Assembly (NCBI GenBank): GCA_046497275.1
Contig: JAWOFX010000088.1
Span: 64,670-128,669, forward strand
From: Promethearchaeia archaeon
GTDB taxonomy: Archaea > Asgardarchaeota > Lokiarchaeia > Sigyniarchaeales > SOKP01
Reading direction: 5' to 3'
Length of the DNA stretch: 64,000 nucleotides
The notes below the pieces were generated by a model. It made no database searches. It was not told the DNA's origin and saw only the letters and a program-made list of their open reading frames with translations. Below, in pieces: positions 1-8,242 of this stretch. Position 1 is the first letter of the stretch. Each line of letters begins with the position of its first letter. A program made the position numbers and the translations under genes.

Positions 1-887
1 AAGTTCAAAAAATGAGCGAAAGAGCGGAAAATACAGGAAATGTACAGAGTCTTGATATGGACACATTAGTATCCTCTAAAACCTATGAAGCTTCATTATA
101 TTCCGTTGGAGGTAATCTAGATGCTATAGATAAGATACTTTCGGGTGAGATAAAAAATGCATTCGCTGCTGTGCGACCCCCAGGTCATCATTCGAACGCA
201 TATAAATGTGCGGGATTTTGTATCTTTAATAATATTGGTATCGCAACAGAATATTTATTTCGAGAGAAAAATGTTAAACGAGTAGCAATTATTGATTGGG
301 ATTGCCATCACGGAAATGGCACACAAGATATATTCTATGATGGATCAGAGAACGGAGAAGTAGTCATGTTAAGCTCACATCAAGATGGAAGGACACTTTA
401 TCCTGGAAGCGGTTTTACAAACGAGATTGGGTCGGGAAAGGGAGAGGGTAAAATTATAAATTATCCTATGCCCCCTCGCGCTGCTGAAGATATTATTCTG
501 CTCTTTTTTGATGAGATAATTGAACCTGTTTTAAATGAATTCAAACCGGAATTTATTTTAATTTCAGCGGGATTCGATATACATCATACCGATAGATTAA
601 CAAATATGGGTTGGACTTATCAAGGACCCGCTAACTATTTGAAAAAAATTAAGGAAATTGCTGAAAAATTCGCAAATGGAAGAATTTCGATTACCTTAGA
701 AGGAGGGTATGAGGCAGATAAGCAAGCAAGAGCAATATACAATTGCCTGAGGGTGTTAAATAATGAATATGATAAAATCATTGAGGAAAAACCCAGGAAA
801 TCAGATAAAGATGTATTAAATTATGTGAATAAGAAATTAATTCCTGATATTAAGCAGAACTTATCTTCATATTGGGAGTGCTTTTAA
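1..887 (+). CDS. Histone deacetylase / acetylpolyamine amidohydrolase family protein (arginase-deacetylase fold), 5'-partial
   Basis: ORF 12..887 carries the RPPGHH, DWDCHHGNGTQD, SAGFDIH and EGGY motifs. The frame stays open to base 3 and the residues that normally precede RPPGHH are missing, so the gene probably begins upstream of the window. Confidence 0.85.
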   Translation, partial: VQKMSERAENTGNVQSLDMDTLVSSKTYEASLYSVGGNLDAIDKILSGEIKNAFAAVRPPGHHSNAYKCAGFCIFNNIGIATEYLFREKNVKRVAIIDWDCHHGNGTQDIFYDGSENGEVVMLSSHQDGRTLYPGSGFTNEIGSGKGEGKIINYPMPPRAAEDIILLFFDEIIEPVLNEFKPEFILISAGFDIHHTDRLTNMGWTYQGPANYLKKIKEIAEKFANGRISITLEGGYEADKQARAIYNCLRVLNNEYDKIIEEKPRKSDKDVLNYVNKKLIPDIKQNLSSYWECF

Positions 888-1019
888 TCTTATTCCTAAT
901 TTTTATTTTTCCTTACTATTTTATCAATATTTAAAATAATTTTATAAACATAAAACCCATATTTATAATATTGTAAATCTAGATAAGTAACTTATTAATC
1001 ATCAATAAGAAGATATCTT

Positions 1020-1937
1020 ATGTCATATGAAAATGAAGGAAATGATGAAGAAGAAGAAAAAGAAATAAAAAGACCTTCTATTCCACCTCCAAAAATTCAA
1101 GCCCCAAAAATTAGACCTCCTCCAAGCCCCCCACCTAGAAGAACTCCTGAATCTGATATGACTCCATCGCAACCATCATCTGCACCACCCAAACCTCCAT
1201 CATCAATACCCACTCAATCGGCTCCACAACCAGAACAATATTCTCCACCTCCACCTCAACCTCAACCTGAAATGACTCCTACTACATCTATCCCAAGTGA
1301 ATCGCAATATAGTAATTTAGAAACACAATTAGAACAAAAAGACGTAAAAATTCAAGAATTGCAGAATCAAAATTCTAATTTAAATAGCTTACTACTGGAG
1401 AAAGATAATAATATTCAACAACTTAATAATAAAGTAAATTCTCTCCAAAATCAACTCCAAGAATATGAAACTCGTGTTAATCAACTTAATGAACAAAAAT
1501 CTAGTTTAGAATCACAAATACCTCAATTACAAAGCAACATTCAACAATTAGAACAGGAAAATGCTAATCTTAAACAACAAATATCTCCTCTACAATCTAA
1601 AATAGAACAATTAACAGAGGAAATTAATTATAAAAATAAAAGAATAGAGGAATTGAAAGAACCTAAGGCAGTTATGCCATCTAGTTTAGCGCAAGGGAAG
1701 ACATCTCAAGGATCTGACGATTATTCCAGTTCTTCTTTAGGTATGGGAACATCCTCGTCCTCAAGTAGTGTATCTGGGACTTCATTTACAGACACTAAAA
1801 GAAGAGTCTGTCCAAATTGTGGTGCATCTGGAGCAGCTATTAAAGAGGTAGAAGATAAAAATAAGATAATTAGCTATATCCCAAAACCGACGTATGCCAA
1901 GAAGAATGTGTGCACGAAATGTGGGTTTGAGTTCTAA
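1020..1937 (+). CDS. Hypothetical proline-rich / coiled-coil / C-terminal zinc-ribbon protein
   Basis: 305 aa. Acidic N-terminus, then a ~90-aa proline-rich tract (PPPK, PPPSPPPR, PPKPP, PPPPQPQP). A ~110-aa Q/N/E/L heptad-like segment follows, then a Ser-rich linker and a CPNC...CTKC zinc ribbon. No family recognised. Confidence 0.6.
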   Translation: MSYENEGNDEEEEKEIKRPSIPPPKIQAPKIRPPPSPPPRRTPESDMTPSQPSSAPPKPPSSIPTQSAPQPEQYSPPPPQPQPEMTPTTSIPSESQYSNLETQLEQKDVKIQELQNQNSNLNSLLLEKDNNIQQLNNKVNSLQNQLQEYETRVNQLNEQKSSLESQIPQLQSNIQQLEQENANLKQQISPLQSKIEQLTEEINYKNKRIEELKEPKAVMPSSLAQGKTSQGSDDYSSSSLGMGTSSSSSSVSGTSFTDTKRRVCPNCGASGAAIKEVEDKNKIISYIPKPTYAKKNVCTKCGFEF

Positions 1938-2315
1938 GAATTTTAATTTTTTTCATTTCCCTATAACTTTTGCGATCAACTGCGGATTTGAATTTTAATA
2001 ACGTACATTTCTTTTAATTCTTAAGAAAATGACCTAAAATTAAATAGTTTAGATTAAAGATCGTTATTTTTTATATTTAATAAAAATTTAAAATTTAAAT
2101 GTCTCAAGAAGATAATGGATTTTAATAAACATATTTCCGTGAACTTTTAAATACTTATTAGGATTATTATAAAAGAAAATTCCATTCTTACGAGTTTTTT
2201 TAAAAGTTCTATTCTATTAGAAATTATCAGAAACTCTATTAAACTAGATAATTATATATATCATAATTTCAATTATAATTCTAAATTATTTAAGCTTAAA
2301 AATTAATTTTTCTTC

Positions 2316-5300
2316 ATGTCTGGATTAGATGAAGGTCTTTTAGGACCAACAATCACGAAAAAGCGAGTTATTGCTCTTGCACTAGTCACTATCATAATGA
2401 TCGCTGCATTCGCATACTCTGTAATGATTTATAGCTGGTTATTTGGTTCACCCCGTAAAAGTCCAAATGAAAGATTAGAAGGTGCTCCAGAAGAGGATGC
2501 GTTATTAATTCTTCCTGAATCGGGGTACAATTGGAGTGAATTAGCGGAAAATTTAGATCTCGATGATCCTGATTTACTCGATCAATTGAGAGATTTACAT
2601 GATGGTAATATTGATTTATTAGATCTCTTACAATATGCTGAATTAGCGGCTGCCTTGGCAGGATCCGATATTGAAGTATTTCGAGTATATAATATTCCAT
2701 CCTATGAAGAAGTAAGTGAAAAATTATGGAAGTTTGAATGTTTTGATGAGTTTCTGGGTGATTCTTGGGAATGTAATGTACCTCTCCAAAATTATGATTT
2801 TTATTCATATAGTGATTATTACTCTAAACATTCTGGATTAAATATTTATAATATTTCAATGCCTTTATCTCCCGGTTTAGGTTCAAACTCTTTTATGATT
2901 CCAAATTTGTTCCCGAATCCTTATATCATGGAAAATAGCATTAAAGTTCCAAATATAACTCCCGGATCAGAAGTTTTAAGAAAAAATGCTTTTAATTCCA
3001 CTACATTAACTCTTGATTTTACATCTGAAAATTCTGTTAATATGACATATGAATTATTTGGATTAACATTACCAACTAATACAGAAATTAATAATTCTGC
3101 CTTAGATGAGGATTATACTCCAGCAATCATAAGAGATAGATATCTTCAACTCCCTCCCGATATTTCTACTTATTTAGATTTTAATGTTCACCCAAATATT
3201 AATTTTCATTACAATAATTTAAGAACCATCATAAATGATGAAGATACTTCTTTTGTTGTCGCTAATAAAATCAGAAATTATCTACAGGAAAACTTTAGTT
3301 TTGGATATAATGCTCTTGAAAATTCTCCCCCAGCTGATGGAGAGGATCTTGTGGAATGGTTCTGTTTTCATGAAGAGGGTATTTGGACTCACTTCGCTTC
3401 TGCCTTTTGCGTTTTCTGTAGGGCTTTTGGAGTTTCTTGCAGGTTTGTTGATGGATATAATTCCCGATATGCCGATACGGTAAACGATCCTATAATGGGA
3501 GATGGAATAGCTGTAAAATATAGAAATTTATACAATTGGGCGGAAGTTTACATACCAACTGATGTGTCTGGAAATGGCATATGGGTTCAAATGGATATGC
3601 TTTACGATTCTTTTGGAGGAGGTTCAGGAGTTGGACCAATATTAAATAATTATAATATAACTCTTTCCAGTAATTTTACATCTGGACCTCGAGGATCAAT
3701 TGCGCAACTTAATGCAACCTTGAGTAGTTCATATAATCTTTCTGTTTCTGATAAAAATATTCAATTTTATGATTATACTATGGATGAAATTTTAGGTTTT
3801 AGCACTACTGATTCAAACGGGTTAGCTACTTTCACATTTCCAATTGATGATAATCAAACTGTAGGACCACATATAATATATGCAAGCTATGGTGGCGCTG
3901 CTAATTTGACTTTTTATATCGTAGATGGTGATATACAAGTCAATTTAACCTCAGTTAGCCCACCGCAAGTTAATATTTCCCAAGACCCATATACCACAAT
4001 AAGTGGAACTGTAAGGGATCCAGTTAATGGAAAACCAGTGAAAAATGCAATTATGAATTTAATCTTATATCAAAAAGGTACAAATAATATTGTAAATCCT
4101 TCTTTCAGTCCTTCTTCAATAACAGCAAATGATAATGGAGTATTTAGCCAAACTGTAAATATAGATTCTTCGGTTCCTTATGGACAGTATGAAGTAAGAG
4201 TAGATTTTAATGGAAGTTGGGCTAATCCTTTAAGTCCATCATTTCCTTTCACATATCCATTTATTAACAATTACAGCAACAGATTAGATTTAAACGTTAC
4301 AAAAGAATTAACGTATTCATTGTGGTTTTATATTAATGATATCCCTGCTACTGATAATTCCAATCCCTTGGTATCTCGCTTTTCTACGATCGAACTGAAA
4401 GCGATTGTTTATAATGGAACAGGCGACTTAGCAAAAAATGAAATCATCGGATTTTATGATGGTTCTGGAACTTTAATTGGGCAAAATGTAAGTGATGAGA
4501 ATGGAGTTGCAATTTATAATTATAATGTTGGCATTAATGTTCCAGCAGGTCCAAATCAAATTATTTCCCGAATTGGAACTATTTCTAATAGTTCATATTA
4601 TATTTTAAATGCTCCAATAAATATCTATCCAATAGATTGCCCAAATCCTAATAGTGTCAGTCGAAGTTCTCTAGATGATGAAGATTTCACTATTCAAGGT
4701 TATTTAGAGGACGATTATTCTAATCCAATAAGAAGTGCGATAATTTATATTAATTTATACGATCAGAGTGACTCAGATGTCACATCCCAATACCTTGAAT
4801 ATGTCAGTGGATCTTTTATAACGGATAATAACGGCAACTTTTCTCTGCAGTTTGGAGTAGATAACATTACACCATTGAATAATTATACTCTTAATGTAAG
4901 CTTTTATGGACAATTTAATAATCCTTCTGTCAGTTTTGTTTCTTCTCAAACACAAGAATCTCCTTATGAATTAGAAGTCATTGATCCATATCAAATTGAT
5001 ATTTATTTTACAATCGATGGAACTCCAACAAAATTATTCTATAATGATGGAAATCCGCCTAAACGATATAATCTTGGTGAAAATATAAATTTTGGAGTTG
5101 AAATATATCAAGGTGGCAGTCCTGTTGATAATGACACAGTATATTTCTATGATTATGATGTTAGTAATGATATTCCGTTTCATACATATGAGTTTAATGG
5201 ATTTGAGACACCATTAGGGTATTACAATTTTTCTGTGAATACAGGAAGCTGGAATGCAGGATTACATGAAATTAGAGTAACTTATGGTAATTATGGTGTA

Positions 5301-6050
5301 TATAATTTTACTTACGTACTTATTAATAAATCTATTTCAATCAATACAAATTTGGATTCTCCAAGCGATTATACTATTCAAAGACTTTCAGAAAGCTTAA
5401 CTATTTCTGGGAACGTTTATGATTTTGATAGTCTCGATCATTTACGAGGTCTAGGAATAGGATTATATCTATTCGATATTAATGGTCAAGATTATTCAGA
5501 TGATTTGAATTTTGCATCTGGATATTCTCAAAATATGACTTTAGATCAAGATGGTACATTTCAGTTTGTTATTAATTCTGTAAATGAAATTCCGATAGGA
5601 GAATATAATTTAAGAGTTGATTTCAATGGAACGGTAATAGAATCCGCAATATATTTGTCTGATTATCTTGTTCATTCTTCAAGCTCTCCAATAAATATAA
5701 ATATTACAGCAGGAGTTCAGATTGATGGTAATTATGATACTGTTTATGATAAAGATCAATTTTATTACAACGATACAATGTATGTCTATGGATATTTAAA
5801 TTGGGATAATCTTACAGTTATGAATAATTATGAGGTAAATATAACGATACTTGATGCTTTAGACAATATATTGGAAACCAAAATTGCTACTACTGATCCA
5901 AGTGGATTTTTCAATACATCATTTACAGTTAAAAATTGGGATGAGGATACTACAAAAGTGATAGTCAATTTTTTACCCGAAGATAATTTTGACTTTCCTG
6001 ACTATTATTATGTTGAGGCAAAATCTCAACAAGTTTTTAGAGAGATTTGA
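2316..6050 (+). CDS. Giant membrane-anchored transglutaminase-like (apparently catalytically dead) surface repeat protein
   Basis: N-terminal TM helix (VIALALVTIIMIAAFAYSVMIYSWLF). Transglutaminase-core-like segment EGIWTHFASAF..RFVDGY..YNWAEVYIP..WVQMD at aa ~350-430. About 800 aa of repeated beta-rich modules follow, each with a T(T/S)DxNGxF-type motif. About 36 N-x-S/T sequons by manual count. Confidence 0.75.
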   Translation: MSGLDEGLLGPTITKKRVIALALVTIIMIAAFAYSVMIYSWLFGSPRKSPNERLEGAPEEDALLILPESGYNWSELAENLDLDDPDLLDQLRDLHDGNIDLLDLLQYAELAAALAGSDIEVFRVYNIPSYEEVSEKLWKFECFDEFLGDSWECNVPLQNYDFYSYSDYYSKHSGLNIYNISMPLSPGLGSNSFMIPNLFPNPYIMENSIKVPNITPGSEVLRKNAFNSTTLTLDFTSENSVNMTYELFGLTLPTNTEINNSALDEDYTPAIIRDRYLQLPPDISTYLDFNVHPNINFHYNNLRTIINDEDTSFVVANKIRNYLQENFSFGYNALENSPPADGEDLVEWFCFHEEGIWTHFASAFCVFCRAFGVSCRFVDGYNSRYADTVNDPIMGDGIAVKYRNLYNWAEVYIPTDVSGNGIWVQMDMLYDSFGGGSGVGPILNNYNITLSSNFTSGPRGSIAQLNATLSSSYNLSVSDKNIQFYDYTMDEILGFSTTDSNGLATFTFPIDDNQTVGPHIIYASYGGAANLTFYIVDGDIQVNLTSVSPPQVNISQDPYTTISGTVRDPVNGKPVKNAIMNLILYQKGTNNIVNPSFSPSSITANDNGVFSQTVNIDSSVPYGQYEVRVDFNGSWANPLSPSFPFTYPFINNYSNRLDLNVTKELTYSLWFYINDIPATDNSNPLVSRFSTIELKAIVYNGTGDLAKNEIIGFYDGSGTLIGQNVSDENGVAIYNYNVGINVPAGPNQIISRIGTISNSSYYILNAPINIYPIDCPNPNSVSRSSLDDEDFTIQGYLEDDYSNPIRSAIIYINLYDQSDSDVTSQYLEYVSGSFITDNNGNFSLQFGVDNITPLNNYTLNVSFYGQFNNPSVSFVSSQTQESPYELEVIDPYQIDIYFTIDGTPTKLFYNDGNPPKRYNLGENINFGVEIYQGGSPVDNDTVYFYDYDVSNDIPFHTYEFNGFETPLGYYNFSVNTGSWNAGLHEIRVTYGNYGVYNFTYVLINKSISINTNLDSPSDYTIQRLSESLTISGNVYDFDSLDHLRGLGIGLYLFDINGQDYSDDLNFASGYSQNMTLDQDGTFQFVINSVNEIPIGEYNLRVDFNGTVIESAIYLSDYLVHSSSSPININITAGVQIDGNYDTVYDKDQFYYNDTMYVYGYLNWDNLTVMNNYEVNITILDALDNILETKIATTDPSGFFNTSFTVKNWDEDTTKVIVNFLPEDNFDFPDYYYVEAKSQQVFREI

Positions 6051-6085
6051 GAAAGTGAAGAAAAAACATATAAATCAAAAATATT

Positions 6086-7690
6086 ATGAATCGAGAATTA
6101 TTATTTGGGAAAAATAGGAATTATAGTACATCCATATTTCTTTTTTTCATCCTTTTTGTAATTTTATTTAATTCAATTTCTATATTTGTTTTTGATGGAA
6201 TTAAGAGTTCTGAAAATAAAGATCAATATATTAAACAATCAGCTTGGACTTGGGCAACTTTAGATTTAACAAATCCAGAAGATATCAATAATTCCCGCTT
6301 TTCACATTTTTCAAATATTAGTATTGAAGGCAGACTTTACAATAAAATAACTGAAGATAATAAATCTGGTGAGATAATTGTCATTGAAGTTGATGGGAAT
6401 ATAGATACGAGATATTCTAGTGTTACAAATATAAATGGTATTTTTCAAATTAATTACACGATAGATCCCTCTCTTGATGTCTATTCACCTCATATAATAA
6501 AAGCAAAGGTCCAGGATTTAGAAACTGATCCCCCTGGAGGGGAAGTTGAATATGATGATTTTTACCGGATAAATGTAAACGCTACATCTTATCTTGATGT
6601 TACATTTTCCAATAAACCATATCTTCCTGATGAAGAATTTGATTTAATTGGATATTTGAGATATAATAATGAAAATGGAAATGGAATTCCAGGTGAATCG
6701 ATTACTTATTACTGGACCAATGGAACTTATGATTGGATACCTGGTAATTTTTTAACTAATGCGGCAGATGGATCAATTTCCGAAGTCATAAGTTTACCTA
6801 TCAACCCTCAATCAATCCATTTATTTTTAAATCTAAGTTATCCCGGTGATCTCCCAAATATAAAATCATCCCAGATAGTAATTGGTCCATTTGATATATT
6901 TTACAACATTTCATGTACTTGGAATATGTTAAACGAAACCTCTGAGGGTGGAGATTATACGATTAGAGGACAAATCTGGGAAAAAGGTAATCCTAGCCGT
7001 AAAATTTACAATAGGCAAGTGAATTTATATTATGAAGGAGAAGGTCTAATAGGAAGTGCAACTACAGATGCCAACGGAAATTTTTCTTTCATTTATTCAA
7101 TTCCCCCGGGTACAGGAAATAAATCCATCAGAATTCAATTAGTAAACACTGCAGGTTTGTTTTTGACCAATGAAACGCGGATATTAATCACGGCTGGAGT
7201 CCCAATCCTCCCTCCTGGCTTTAATATTAGACCTTTCCAATGGTTTTTTATAATAGGTCTTCCGATTATTATCGGAATAATTGCTGCACTTGGAATTTAC
7301 GGATATTTCTATTATAAAAAAGAAATATCTGCCTCGCGGCTAGTTAATATCCCACTTGAGGGAAAGATTAGAAATCTAAAAATATTAAAGGATTCCGGAA
7401 GAATAGAAGAGGCACTTTCATATCTATTTAATGCGATTTATGTTGAATTAGTTGGAGCAAAATACGGAAGAAAAAGAAAATTTAATGAAACAATCCGTGA
7501 TTTTGCTATAATTTCTGTGCAAGATTTTAAATTAGATCCCGCTAAAATATATCCTTTCATTCAAAAAATAGAACAAATAATTTATGCTCAACCCTTCAAA
7601 GTCACAGAAGAAGAATTTTATAAAACAATTGAGCTATTCTCGCCCGTATATTATCAATTAACGGGATACAAGTTTATTCTTAATTTTTAA
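6086..7690 (+). CDS. Membrane protein with extracellular repeat modules and a cytoplasmic DUF4129-like tail
   Basis: N-terminal TM, then the same repeat modules as the preceding gene (TNINGIFQINY, TNAADGSISEV, TTDANGNFSFIY). A second TM follows (FFIIGLPIIIGIIAALGIYGYFYY). The C-terminal ~95 aa is paralogous to ORF 7822..8193. Confidence 0.7.
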   Translation: MNRELLFGKNRNYSTSIFLFFILFVILFNSISIFVFDGIKSSENKDQYIKQSAWTWATLDLTNPEDINNSRFSHFSNISIEGRLYNKITEDNKSGEIIVIEVDGNIDTRYSSVTNINGIFQINYTIDPSLDVYSPHIIKAKVQDLETDPPGGEVEYDDFYRINVNATSYLDVTFSNKPYLPDEEFDLIGYLRYNNENGNGIPGESITYYWTNGTYDWIPGNFLTNAADGSISEVISLPINPQSIHLFLNLSYPGDLPNIKSSQIVIGPFDIFYNISCTWNMLNETSEGGDYTIRGQIWEKGNPSRKIYNRQVNLYYEGEGLIGSATTDANGNFSFIYSIPPGTGNKSIRIQLVNTAGLFLTNETRILITAGVPILPPGFNIRPFQWFFIIGLPIIIGIIAALGIYGYFYYKKEISASRLVNIPLEGKIRNLKILKDSGRIEEALSYLFNAIYVELVGAKYGRKRKFNETIRDFAIISVQDFKLDPAKIYPFIQKIEQIIYAQPFKVTEEEFYKTIELFSPVYYQLTGYKFILNF

Positions 7691-7821
7691 TATAAAGGAT
7701 TATCATAATGCAAAACAAATAAAATTAAAATAAGTTATTAAAAAAATAGATTACTACAAAGAAATTTAAATTTAAAAAAAATTATAAAATAAAAAAATAA
7801 AAAAAACTAATGTGAAAAAAA

Positions 7822-8193
7822 ATGGGTCTTTTCAGTAAAGATGTAAAACCACAATTCATAGATGTTGAACGCAAAAAAGAAAATCTTCGAATATTAATGA
7901 AAACCGAAAGATCTAAGGAAGCAATTGCCTACATATATCTTATCTATAATGATCTTATTAAGAATAAATATGAAAAACCTCGATTGGCTTATCAGACCAT
8001 ACGTGAGTATGCAATCGTAGCTGTAAATGAGTTAGGACAAAAACCCGAAACCATTTATCCCTTTATAAAAAAAATTGAAGATATAATATATGGGGGGGTT
8101 GAACCTACTAAAAAAGAATTTGAATTTACATTAAATATGTTTTCAAACCTTTATAATGAGATTACAGGCAAAAACTTTGGTTTCAATATTTAG
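7822..8193 (+). CDS. Stand-alone DUF4129-like protein
   Basis: 123 aa. Aligns by eye with the C-terminus of the upstream protein (IREYAIVAV / IRDFAIISV; IYPFIKKIEDIIYG / IYPFIQKIEQIIYA; LYNEITGK / YYQLTGY). Confidence 0.6.
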   Translation: MGLFSKDVKPQFIDVERKKENLRILMKTERSKEAIAYIYLIYNDLIKNKYEKPRLAYQTIREYAIVAVNELGQKPETIYPFIKKIEDIIYGGVEPTKKEFEFTLNMFSNLYNEITGKNFGFNI

Positions 8194-8242
8194 AGAAGAT
8201 TTTTTAAATATTTCATATAGATTTAAAGGAAAAAAATAAAAA

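Noticed and set aside
2392-2808. 138-aa minus-strand ORF, plus 3235..3483 and 4773..4955, inside the transglutaminase-like gene
   Set aside because: They are fully embedded in or antisense to a long ORF that has clear domain content. Their translations are low-complexity, with no motifs and no independent start context.
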